Assembly: GCA_026988075.1 (NCBI GenBank) | Contig: JALSLZ010000156.1 | Span: 1 to 43,901, forward strand | Direction: 5' to 3' | Length of the DNA stretch: 43,901 bases | DNA from: Flavobacteriaceae bacterium | GTDB lineage: Bacteria > Bacteroidota > Bacteroidia > Flavobacteriales > Flavobacteriaceae | Part shown: positions 35,949 to 43,761 of the stretch, one piece after another | Position numbering within the stretch: position 1 is the first letter of the stretch | How the letters are laid out: each line of letters opens with the position of its first letter | Position numbers and translations under genes: made by a program | Notes under the pieces: generated by a model | The model's database searches: none | What the model saw: only the letters and a program-made list of their open reading frames with translations | Told to the model about the DNA's origin: nothing

Positions 35949-37979
35949 ATGAATAATCCTTTACTTCAAAAATTCAGTACAAAACATCAAACAGCACCTT
36001 TTTCTAAAATTGAAAATAAACATTTTAAACCTGCTTTTATAGAGGCGATTAAAATAGCAAAAGATGAAATAAATGCTATTGTAAATAATAAAGAAAAACC
36101 TAATTTTAAAAATACTATTGTAGCATTAGAGTTTGCAGGAAGTAAATTAGACAGAATATCCGCTATTTTTTTTAATTTAAATTCTGCCGAAACAAATGAA
36201 GAAATACAAAAAATAGCACAAGAGGTTTCGCCATTATTATCCGATTTTAGTAATGATATTATTTTAAATGATATATTGTTTAACCGAATTAAAGCTGTTT
36301 ACGAACAAAAAGAAACAGTATCATTAACCAAAGAGGAAACCACATTATTAGATAAAAATTATAAAAAATTTACAAGAAACGGAGCAAATCTTAATAAAGA
36401 GGATAAACAAAAACTCCGTAATATCGATAAAGAGTTAGCACAAGTAAAATTAAAATTCGGAGAGCATATTTTAGCAGAGTCTAATGCTTTTGAAATGTTG
36501 CTTACTAACGAAAATCAATTAAATGGATTGCCAAATGGTGTTAAAGAAGCGGCAAAAATATTGGCAGAGAAAAAAAATAAAAAAGGCTGGTTAATTACTT
36601 TAGATTACCCAAGTTATGTGCCGTTTATGACTTATGCAGATGATAGAAGTTTGAGAAAAAAAATAGCATTAGCATTTGGAAAAAGAGCCTTTCAAAATAA
36701 CCAATATGACAATCAACAAAATGTATTAAATATTACTAAACTACGTCATAAAAGAGCTAATTTATTAGGGTATAAAACGCATGGTCATTTTGTTTTAGAA
36801 GAACGAATGGCTAAAAACCCTAAAAAGGTTGCTGTTTTTTTAAATGATTTATTAGTAAAAGCCAAACCAGCCGCCATAAAAGAATTTAATCAGTTAAGTA
36901 ACTTTGCTACCAAAGACGGAATTGCGACGCTGCAAAAATGGGATGGATCATATTATTCAGAAAAATTAAAGAAACAATTATTTAATTTAGATGAAGAAGT
37001 ATTAAAACCATATTTTTCCTTAAATAATGTTTTAAATGGCGCATTTATAATTGCAAATAAACTGTATAATTTAAATTTTAAAGAAGTTACAGATGTTGAT
37101 GTTTACCATAGTGATGTAAAAACGTACGAAGTAACTAATAATAATGGTGATTTTGTAGCTGTTTTTTATACTGATTTTTTTCCGAGAGCAGGAAAACGAA
37201 ATGGTGCATGGATGACTTCATATAAAGCACAATGGAAAAAAGATAAAGAAAATTCAAGACCACACATATCGATAGTCTGTAATTTTACCAAACCAACAAA
37301 AACAAAGCCGTCTTTATTAAATTTTAGAGAAGTAACCACTTTATTTCATGAATTTGGACATGCTTTGCATGGAATGCTCGCAAATACAACTTATCCAAGT
37401 CTGTCAGGAACAAATGTTTATTGGGATTTTGTAGAATTACCGTCGCAAGTTTTAGAAAATTGGGCTTATGAAAAAGAAGCATTAAGTTTATTTGCAAAAC
37501 ATTATGAAACTGGAGAAATCATTCCAATGGAAATGGTAGAAAAAATAAAAAAATCAGCTAATTTTTTAGAAGGAATGACCACTTTGCGTCAATTAAGTTT
37601 TGGTATATTAGATATGAATTGGCATGCGAACGAATCAATATTAAGTATTGAATCGGTTAAAGAGTTTGAAAAAAATGCGTTTAAAAACACACAGTTATAT
37701 CCCGAAGTGGCAGAAAATTGTATGAGTACTGCTTTTTCGCATATTTTTTCTGGCGGATATTCTTCAGGTTACTATTCTTACAAATGGGCTGAAGTTCTCG
37801 ATGCCGATGCTTTTGAATATTTTAAAGAAAACGGTATTTTTAACAAAGAAATTGCATTAAAGTTTAAAGAAAGTGTTTTAAGTCAAGGCGGAACACAAAA
37901 TCCTATGGAATTGTACAAGCAATTTAGAGGGAAAGAACCAACAGTAGATGCCTTATTAAAAAGAGCAGGATTGTTGTAA
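35949..37979 (+). CDS. dcp: M3 family metallopeptidase (peptidyl-dipeptidase Dcp-like)
   Basis: 676 aa. Zinc motif LFHEFGHALHG with downstream EL(P)SQ. Size and order match Dcp/oligopeptidase A. Confidence 0.85.
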   Translation: MNNPLLQKFSTKHQTAPFSKIENKHFKPAFIEAIKIAKDEINAIVNNKEKPNFKNTIVALEFAGSKLDRISAIFFNLNSAETNEEIQKIAQEVSPLLSDFSNDIILNDILFNRIKAVYEQKETVSLTKEETTLLDKNYKKFTRNGANLNKEDKQKLRNIDKELAQVKLKFGEHILAESNAFEMLLTNENQLNGLPNGVKEAAKILAEKKNKKGWLITLDYPSYVPFMTYADDRSLRKKIALAFGKRAFQNNQYDNQQNVLNITKLRHKRANLLGYKTHGHFVLEERMAKNPKKVAVFLNDLLVKAKPAAIKEFNQLSNFATKDGIATLQKWDGSYYSEKLKKQLFNLDEEVLKPYFSLNNVLNGAFIIANKLYNLNFKEVTDVDVYHSDVKTYEVTNNNGDFVAVFYTDFFPRAGKRNGAWMTSYKAQWKKDKENSRPHISIVCNFTKPTKTKPSLLNFREVTTLFHEFGHALHGMLANTTYPSLSGTNVYWDFVELPSQVLENWAYEKEALSLFAKHYETGEIIPMEMVEKIKKSANFLEGMTTLRQLSFGILDMNWHANESILSIESVKEFEKNAFKNTQLYPEVAENCMSTAFSHIFSGGYSSGYYSYKWAEVLDADAFEYFKENGIFNKEIALKFKESVLSQGGTQNPMELYKQFRGKEPTVDALLKRAGLL

Positions 37980-38108
37980 AGTAATTATTTTTTTAGACGA
38001 AGAATGAAATTATTATTGTTTCATCATTGAATTTAAATGTTAAAATAGGATTTGTGTTAAAATTGAAGACTAATTTTTTTTAGAGTACTTCAATTGATAT
38101 AATTAACA

Positions 38109-38116
38109 TATCTTTG
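38109..38116 (+). promoter_or_regulatory. -7 promoter box (TAtcTTTG) for the riboswitch-receptor transcript
   Basis: Lies immediately (about 6 nt) upstream of the riboswitch P1 helix. Confidence 0.5.
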
Positions 38117-38119
38117 TAA

Positions 38120-38195
38120 AATAATTAGAGGTGCTGAAAAGCTGAGATTACACTCTTTGAACCTGGAACAGATAATGCTGTTTAGGAAAATTAAA
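38120..38195 (+). ncRNA. TPP (THI-box) riboswitch aptamer
   Basis: UAAUUAGAGGUGCUGAAAAGCUGAGAUUACACUCUUUGAACCUGGAACAGAUAAUGCUGUUUAGGAAAAUUA. Conserved GGUGC, CUGAGA, ACCUG and AUAAUGC..UAGG elements. Helices P1 UAAUU/AAUUA, P2 AGAG/CUCU, P3 GC/GC, P4-5 AACAG/CUGUU. Confidence 0.85.
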
Positions 38196-38298
38196 ATAAT
38201 ACATGTTTCTTAGTGTAAAACTAAAAATCATTGTAATATGTGTGTAGTCTTTGTGTTGTAAGTATTTCTTTAAATAGAAACAACCAAACAAAGATTAG

Positions 38299-40470
38299 AT
38301 GAAAACTATTTTTACAACATTATTATTACTATCTGCCTTAGTGTCTTTTTCGCAAAAAAACGATATTAAAAAAGACACCATTAAACTTAAAGAAGTTTTA
38401 GTAACTGCTACGAGAGCTGCTAAAAATGATCCTTTTACTAAATCAACGCTTAGTAAAAAAGACCTTGAAAAACAAAATTTAGGACAAGATGTGCCTATTT
38501 TGTTAGATGCTTTACCAAATGTTGTAACAACAACTGATACTGGTATTGGTGTTGGTTACACAGGCATTCGTGTTCGTGGTTCTGATGCAACTCGTGTAAA
38601 TGTAACGATAAACGGAATTCCATACAACGATAGCGAAAGCCAAGGAACATATTGGGTTGATTTGCCAGATTTTGCAAGTTCGGTAGAGAGTATTCAATTA
38701 CAGCGAGGCGTTGGTACATCTACCAATGGTGCTGGTGCTTTTGGAGCAAGTTTAAGTATGGAAACAGAAGGGTTGAGCGATGATTTTTCTGTGGAATTAA
38801 ACACCTCTTACGGTTCGTTTAATACGTTTAAACAGAATTTAAAAGTCAATTCAGGTACCATTAAAAATCATTTTAATGTATTGGGAAGAATTGCAACTAT
38901 TAAATCAGATGGTTATATTGATAGAGCTTCCTCAGATTTAAAATCTTTTTATGTAGAAGGAAATTATTTTAACGACAAAACAAGTGTAAAAGCTTTGGCT
39001 TTTGGTGGAAGTGAAGTTACCTACCAATCATGGTATGGAATAGATAAAGAAACTTTAATGAACGATAGAACTTTTAATCCTGCTGGAGCAATTTATGATT
39101 CCAATGGTGAAATAGCTCGTTTTTATGATAATCAGGTAGATGATTATAAACAAGATCATTATCAATTACATTTTACACATCAGTTTACGGATTATTTAAC
39201 TGCAAATATGGCGTTGCATTACACTTACGGAAGAGGTTTTTACGAGCAATATAAACAAGGTGAAGATTTTGCGGATTATAATTTTACACCATTTGTAGAT
39301 AATGGTCAGACGATTGATCAAACGGATTTAGTTAGAAGAAAATGGTTAGATAATGATTTTTACGGAACAACTTTTTCTGTAAATTACAAAAAAGAAACAA
39401 CTAAAATTATTTTTGGTGGCGCATACAATAATTATATTGGTGATCATTTTGGCAAAGTAATTTGGACACCTTACACTTCCATTTCCCTTAACGGAAAATT
39501 TTATGACAATACAGGAGAAAAATCTGATTTCAACGTCTTCACCAAAGCATCTAAAACATTTAAAAAATGGATGATTTTTGCCGATTTACAATACAGAATG
39601 GTTAATTACACTATAAATGGAGTAGATGATAATAGTACAGAATTAGCCATTAATGATGCTTTGAGTTTTTTTAATCCTAAAGCAGGAATTACCTATAATC
39701 ACAATAAAAATAACGACTTGTATTTCTCTTTTGCAAGAGCAAATAAAGAACCTAAAAGAGCAGATTATTTATCTGGAGATAGCCCAAAACCAGAACAATT
39801 AAACGATTTTGAACTTGGATGGAGACATCACACTAAAAAAGCAGCGTTTAATGCGAATGTGTATTATATGAAATATAAAGATCAATTGGTGCTCACAGGA
39901 GCTTTAAATGATGTTGGCTCGCCAATTGCTGAAAATATTGGAGAAAGTTACCGTTTAGGTATAGAATTAGATGCAAAAATAAAAATAGGAAATCAATTTG
40001 TTTGGAGTCCTAATATGGCAATAAGTCAAAATAAAAATATCGATAAATACGATAATAAAGATGGTGAAGTTGTCTCTTTAAGAGAAACAGATTTATCTTA
40101 TTCTCCAAATTTTGTGGCTTCAAATATATTAACCTATAAACCAAATAAGAATTTTAACACTTCATTAATTTCAAAATATATTAGCAATCAGTATATGGGT
40201 AATACAGAAAACAAATTATCAAAATTACAAGGCTATGCTGTTACTAATATAAATTTTCAGTATAAAATACAACCAAAAAAATACATTAAAGAAATTGTGT
40301 TTACCGCTTTGTTAAACAATGTTTTTAATGCAAAATATGTTTCTAATGGTTATTTTTATAGTTATGACGATACTTGGTCTGTGCCTAACCAAACAACTAC
40401 AATTTATGGTTCTGGTTATTATCCACAAGCAGGATTTAATTTTTTAACAGGAATAACACTTAAGTTCTAA
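38299..40470 (+). CDS. TonB-dependent receptor (TPP-riboswitch controlled; predicted thiamine or thiamine-precursor uptake)
   Basis: 723 aa. Signal peptide, plug domain (LKEVLVTATR...GIRVRGSDATRVNVTINGIPYND...IQLQRGVGTSTNGAGAFG), 22-strand-size barrel, and C-terminal aromatic residue (TLKF). Confidence 0.9.
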   Translation: MKTIFTTLLLLSALVSFSQKNDIKKDTIKLKEVLVTATRAAKNDPFTKSTLSKKDLEKQNLGQDVPILLDALPNVVTTTDTGIGVGYTGIRVRGSDATRVNVTINGIPYNDSESQGTYWVDLPDFASSVESIQLQRGVGTSTNGAGAFGASLSMETEGLSDDFSVELNTSYGSFNTFKQNLKVNSGTIKNHFNVLGRIATIKSDGYIDRASSDLKSFYVEGNYFNDKTSVKALAFGGSEVTYQSWYGIDKETLMNDRTFNPAGAIYDSNGEIARFYDNQVDDYKQDHYQLHFTHQFTDYLTANMALHYTYGRGFYEQYKQGEDFADYNFTPFVDNGQTIDQTDLVRRKWLDNDFYGTTFSVNYKKETTKIIFGGAYNNYIGDHFGKVIWTPYTSISLNGKFYDNTGEKSDFNVFTKASKTFKKWMIFADLQYRMVNYTINGVDDNSTELAINDALSFFNPKAGITYNHNKNNDLYFSFARANKEPKRADYLSGDSPKPEQLNDFELGWRHHTKKAAFNANVYYMKYKDQLVLTGALNDVGSPIAENIGESYRLGIELDAKIKIGNQFVWSPNMAISQNKNIDKYDNKDGEVVSLRETDLSYSPNFVASNILTYKPNKNFNTSLISKYISNQYMGNTENKLSKLQGYAVTNINFQYKIQPKKYIKEIVFTALLNNVFNAKYVSNGYFYSYDDTWSVPNQTTTIYGSGYYPQAGFNFLTGITLKF

Positions 40471-40481
40471 TTACTATAAAT

Positions 40482-40526
40482 CTGAGTCCGACCTAAACTT
40501 TGATTGTAAGTTTAGGTCGAATTCAG
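40482..40526 (+). repeat. long imperfect hairpin (12-bp perfect core) downstream of the receptor gene
   Basis: CGACCTAAACTT (40489-40500) / AAGTTTAGGTCG (40508-40519), extended by CTGA/TCAG. No T-run follows. Confidence 0.6.
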
Positions 40527-40543
40527 AGTAGTAGTTAGAACAC

Positions 40544-40569
40544 GCCAACTCGAAAGAGTTGGCTTTTTT
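40544..40569 (+). terminator. rho-independent terminator of the receptor transcript
   Basis: GCCAACTC-GAAA-GAGTTGGC followed by TTTTTT. Confidence 0.8.
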
Positions 40570-40573
40570 GTAC

Positions 40574-40603
40574 AAAAAATCCATTTGCAAAGCAAATGGA
40601 TTT
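40574..40603 (-). terminator. rho-independent terminator of the SQR gene
   Basis: AAATCCATTTGC-AAA-GCAAATGGATTT. On the minus strand the hairpin is followed by TTTTTT. Confidence 0.75.
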
Positions 40604-40651
40604 CATCTATAAGTCTATTGTCTAATAGTCTTTAAAGTCTAATTAAAATTT

Positions 40652-41965
40652 TTATACTTCAATACCTTTCATCATTTTATTCCAATATAAATAAGGTAAT
40701 AAGTATTTTTTAAGTATCCATAAACGCCAGTGTTCTACTGAAGAATCGCTAATCATTAATGGAAATTGTTTTAATTTAGGATCTGGAGCAAATACGCTTC
40801 CATAGGTAAATTCAGCTAATACCATTTTACCGTAACCAGTAACTAACGGACAAGAAGAATACCCATTGTACTCTTTTTTAGTTAATGAGTTTGATTCGAT
40901 TAAATGTAAAATGTTTCCAACAACAACAGGTACTTGTTTTCTAATTGCAGCACCAGTTTTTGCAGTTGGTAATTGAGCAGCATCGCCTAAGCCAAATACA
41001 TTATCAAATTTAGTTGATTGTAAAGTTTTATCACTTACACTTACCCAACCACCTTCGTTAGCCAATGGTGATTCTTTTATAAATTTAGGCGCAGCTTGTG
41101 GCGGTGCTAAATGCATCATGTCAAACTTAATTCCGAAACGCCCATTTTCTTTTATAGCGTCAACTTTTTTATAATTATATTGAATTGATTCGTCTAATTT
41201 TTTACCTTCATTATCTCCTGACATAACAACGTATCCACCAGCTTCTACATCTTTGGCAAGTTCATACCAAGCAATTTGTTTTTCGCCATCTACTTCAACT
41301 AATTTATGGTGAAAACGGATATTAATATCTTTTCTATCAATAACCTCCATTAAAGTTTTTGCTATTGGCTTCACACCAAAAATTACAGATCCAGGTGTAG
41401 CAAATACAACATTAGTCTTTTTTCTAACACCAGATTTTACAAAGTGATCTTCGGCTAAATACATTATTTTTTGCGGAGCTCCACCACATTTAATTGGTGT
41501 AGTTGGTTGTGTAAATAAAGCAGTTCCACCTTTAAAATTTTTAAGCACTTCCCAAGTATGTTTTGGGTCTGTATAATTAGAACAAACAACGCCTTTATCC
41601 ATAGCTTCGGTTAAACCTTTTACTAATTCAGGTGCCATAACTAATCCTGGTGCAACAACTAAATAATCATACGTAAAATCGTTTCCATCTTTTGTAGATA
41701 ATTTATTATTAGCTGGATCTAAATTAGATACAAACTCTTTATACCAAGTAACACCTTTTGGCATAACCGAAGCCATACTACGACCAGTTTTGTCATAATC
41801 AAAAGTATTTGCTCCAACTAAAGTCCAAGCAGGTTGGTAATAATGTGTTTTTGCAGGCTCAAATAAACCGATATCAATTTTTGGATTTTTCTTTAGCATT
41901 TGAGAGGCAACCATAATTCCAGCTGTTCCTCCACCAATAATAAGTACTTGATGATGTTTTGACAT
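40652..41965 (-). CDS. sqr: sulfide:quinone oxidoreductase, type II (SQRDL-like) FAD-dependent oxidoreductase
   Basis: 437 aa. VLIIGGGTAG, HYYQPAWTLVG, redox Cys motifs PIKCGGAPQKIMYL and SSCPLVTGYGK, and a C-terminal amphipathic WILKKYLLPYLYW. These match my memory of mitochondrial-type SQR. Confidence 0.8.
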   Translation of the reverse strand: MSKHHQVLIIGGGTAGIMVASQMLKKNPKIDIGLFEPAKTHYYQPAWTLVGANTFDYDKTGRSMASVMPKGVTWYKEFVSNLDPANNKLSTKDGNDFTYDYLVVAPGLVMAPELVKGLTEAMDKGVVCSNYTDPKHTWEVLKNFKGGTALFTQPTTPIKCGGAPQKIMYLAEDHFVKSGVRKKTNVVFATPGSVIFGVKPIAKTLMEVIDRKDINIRFHHKLVEVDGEKQIAWYELAKDVEAGGYVVMSGDNEGKKLDESIQYNYKKVDAIKENGRFGIKFDMMHLAPPQAAPKFIKESPLANEGGWVSVSDKTLQSTKFDNVFGLGDAAQLPTAKTGAAIRKQVPVVVGNILHLIESNSLTKKEYNGYSSCPLVTGYGKMVLAEFTYGSVFAPDPKLKQFPLMISDSSVEHWRLWILKKYLLPYLYWNKMMKGIEV

Positions 41966-42026
41966 GTTTTTAAAATTTAATTAGTTATTTTAGGCTTTTA
42001 AAGTACAAAAAATAAATAAATCATCA

Positions 42027-42040
42027 GTAACAATTGTTAC
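42027..42040. promoter_or_regulatory. perfect 14-bp palindrome GTAACAATTGTTAC in the SQR promoter region (candidate Crp/Fnr-family operator)
   Basis: Read directly: GTAAC-AATT-GTTAC, 62-75 nt upstream of the sqr ATG and just upstream of a near-consensus -7 box. A Crp/Fnr gene lies about 400 bp away. Confidence 0.3.
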
Positions 42041-42058
42041 GTATAATTTATTTAGCAT

Positions 42059-42089
42059 AAAAAAACATTCTAAAAATAGAATGTTTTTT
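42059..42089 (-). terminator. rho-independent (bidirectional-shaped) terminator after the DUF2892 gene
   Basis: AAAAACATTCTA-AAAA-TAGAATGTTTTT, with A/T runs on both sides. Confidence 0.7.
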
Positions 42090-42105
42090 GATAAGTATTG
42101 CAAGG

Positions 42106-42306
42106 TTACTTGTTGGTTTTTATACCAAATATAGAGTAAAGAGGACAAGTCCCTATTACTGCTGTCAAAAGCATAATTCCAGATACAGCGTAAAGCACAT
42201 AACTAATCCACGATGCTTCAAATGCACCAGTTTTTGCAAAATAACCAGCTATAACAGCGATTACTATTCTTACAATTTTGTCGATACTACTTACGTTTTT
42301 TTTCAT
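42106..42306 (-). CDS. DUF2892 (YgaP C-terminal-like) small membrane protein
   Basis: 66 aa. SIDKIVRIVIAVIAGYF...AVSGIMLLTAVIGTCPLYSIFGI is the DUF2892 pattern, with two TM helices and a conserved Cys-Pro. Preferred over the overlapping + strand ORF 42088-42315. Confidence 0.7.
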   Translation of the reverse strand: MKKNVSSIDKIVRIVIAVIAGYFAKTGAFEASWISYVLYAVSGIMLLTAVIGTCPLYSIFGIKTNK

Positions 42307-42340
42307 GATATATAATTTTAAAGGTTTCTAATTTAGAATG

Positions 42341-42348
42341 CAAAAATA
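42341..42348 (-). promoter_or_regulatory. -7 promoter box (TAttTTTG) for the DUF2892 gene
   Basis: The minus strand reads CTATTTTTGCAT, 35 nt upstream of the ATG at 42306. Confidence 0.4.
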
Positions 42349-42370
42349 GATAAGTAGATATAACTATTCT

Positions 42371-42394
42371 TGTGATTTTTGTTACAAGTTACAA
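42371..42394. promoter_or_regulatory. TGTGA-N6-TTACA CRP-like element overlapping a tandem GTTACAA GTTACAA repeat (candidate operator)
   Basis: The + strand reads TGTGATTTTTGTTACAAGTTACAA. It lies 23-46 nt upstream of the -7 box of the DUF2892 gene and directly after the crp stop codon. Confidence 0.3.
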
Positions 42395-42399
42395 TAAAA

Positions 42400-43035
42400 T
42401 TAGAGAATAGTAATTTGTCTTTGCGAAAGTGCTACTTTGCCGTCTTTTTCTAATTTTTTTAAAAGTCTTGAAATCACTTCTCTTGATGAACCCAACTCGT
42501 TTGCAATTTGCTGATGTGATTTTAAAATGGTATTTGAATTGTTTAATTTGGCTTTGGTTTTTAAATAATCTTCTAATCTTTTTTGTTTGTTAGAAAAAGT
42601 TAAAATTTTAATCATTTCTATTACTTCGTCAAATTTATCATTAAATAATTCATAAACAAAAGCGTTCCATTTATTGTGATTTTTGCGTATCGGATGGATA
42701 TCTTTTACAGGAATAAGAATTATTTCGGCATCTTCTTCAACAACTCCTTTAACATTTATCGGCACATTTTTTTCTGCTGCCATGATTGACATAATACAAC
42801 TTTCACCAGGTTTTATGTAATAGAGTAATACTTCATTACCGTTTTCTTCTTCTTTATAAACTTTTACTAAACCTTTTACCACTAAAGGGATAAATTGCAC
42901 ATAACTATCTTCTTTTAAGAGTACGGTTTCTTTTTTAAATTGCTGAAATAAGGCTACTTTTTCAATATCCTGCAATAGTAATAAAGAGGACGATATTGTA
43001 CTAAAATGTGTTTTAAGAACATGAAGAATATCCAT
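42400..43035 (-). CDS. Crp/Fnr family transcriptional regulator
   Basis: 211 aa. cNMP-binding-like beta-roll (LLKEDSYVQFIPLVVKGLVKVYKEEENGNEVLLYYIKPGES) and a C-terminal HTH (SHQQIANELGSSREVISRLLKKLEKDG). No N-terminal Cys cluster. Confidence 0.85.
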   Translation of the reverse strand: MDILHVLKTHFSTISSSLLLLQDIEKVALFQQFKKETVLLKEDSYVQFIPLVVKGLVKVYKEEENGNEVLLYYIKPGESCIMSIMAAEKNVPINVKGVVEEDAEIILIPVKDIHPIRKNHNKWNAFVYELFNDKFDEVIEMIKILTFSNKQKRLEDYLKTKAKLNNSNTILKSHQQIANELGSSREVISRLLKKLEKDGKVALSQRQITIL

Positions 43036-43044
43036 AAAAGTGTT

Positions 43045-43341
43045 TTACGAATAGGTTTTAATAATAGTAGCTAATTCATTTGCTGGCACAACACCAGATT
43101 GCCTCCAGACTTGTTTGCCTTGTTTGAAAATTATTAAAGTTGGAACGCCTCTTACTTGATAAGCAGCTGCAGCTGATGGATTTTTATCTACATCAATTTT
43201 AATAATTTTCACTTTATCTTTAAGTGATGTTTTCAGTTCTTTTAGTATTGGTGCCATTGCTTTACAAGGTCCGCACCAAGCGGCAGAAAAATCGACTAAA
43301 ACAGGAACAGGTTGATTGATTAATTCTTTAAATGAAGCCAT
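43045..43341 (-). CDS. trxA: thioredoxin
   Basis: [27 protein letters not shown]... with the WCGPC active site. The track ORF begins at a TTG (43404) inside the upstream terminator hairpin, so the start is moved to the ATG at 43341. Confidence 0.9.
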   Translation of the reverse strand: MASFKELINQPVPVLVDFSAAWCGPCKAMAPILKELKTSLKDKVKIIKIDVDKNPSAAAAYQVRGVPTLIIFKQGKQVWRQSGVVPANELATIIKTYS

Positions 43342-43386
43342 AATAGTTAAAATTATAAAATATAAATAATAAGTTATAGAATTAAT

Positions 43387-43422
43387 AAAAAAAGCAAATT
43401 CCAATGAGTAGAATTTGCTTTT
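43387..43422 (-). terminator. rho-independent terminator after the HMA gene
   Basis: AAAAGCAAATTC (43390-43401) / GAATTTGCTTTT (43411-43422). On the minus strand the hairpin is followed by a T-run. Confidence 0.7.
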
Positions 43423-43441
43423 AATTATTTTTACGATTTAA

Positions 43442-43714
43442 TTATGCCTCTGAACTCATTTTACCAGTTGCGCAGCTTACAAATGATTTTGTTTTATGAA
43501 GTAGTGTATTTGCATCGCCAACTTCTGGGTAACCCATTTTAGAAAGTTTTTCTTTAACGGAATTAAAAATTTCTTCAGAAACTTCGTTAATTTTAATTTC
43601 TGAATTTTCTAAAGTAACTTCTACTTCGTTTACACCTTCGATTGAAAGTAAACCTTTTTTAATAGTGTTTGCACAACCATTACATTTTAAGTTTAATATA
43701 TTTATTGTAGTCAT
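43442..43714 (-). CDS. heavy-metal-associated (HMA) domain protein, metallochaperone-like
   Basis: 90 aa. Ferredoxin-like HMA fold with metal-binding LKCNGCANTIKK (CxxC). A C-terminal extension carries an extra Cys (SFVSCATG). Confidence 0.8.
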   Translation of the reverse strand: MTTINILNLKCNGCANTIKKGLLSIEGVNEVEVTLENSEIKINEVSEEIFNSVKEKLSKMGYPEVGDANTLLHKTKSFVSCATGKMSSEA

Positions 43715-43731
43715 AATTTTATTTATTGATA

Positions 43732-43761
43732 AGTTGTAAAGTTAGTAAAAATATTACAACT
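43732..43761. promoter_or_regulatory. 8-bp inverted repeat AGTTGTAA-N14-TTACAACT upstream of the HMA gene, followed by TGTGA
   Basis: Read directly. It lies 18-47 nt upstream of the HMA ATG and shares the TTACAA/TTGTAA core with the sites at 42381-42394. The sqr palindrome at 42027-42040 carries the one-base variant TAACAA/TTGTTA. Confidence 0.25.

Noticed and set aside
38196-38298. Looked for an intrinsic terminator or anti-terminator expression platform after the TPP aptamer
   Set aside because: Only a 5-bp TTTCT/AGAAA hairpin without a T-run was found, which is not enough to call a terminator feature.
35595-38719. Minus-strand ORFs 35595-35816 (in purE) and 38495-38719 / 38512-38697 (in the TonB-dependent receptor)
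   Set aside because: They are antisense shadows. The receptor and purE reading frames carry the diagnostic motifs.
42088-42315. 75-aa + strand ORF overlapping the DUF2892 gene
   Set aside because: The minus-strand product has the DUF2892 two-helix pattern, its own -7 box and a terminator. The + strand product is Cys/Tyr/Ser-rich with no features, and its start lies inside the terminator hairpin.
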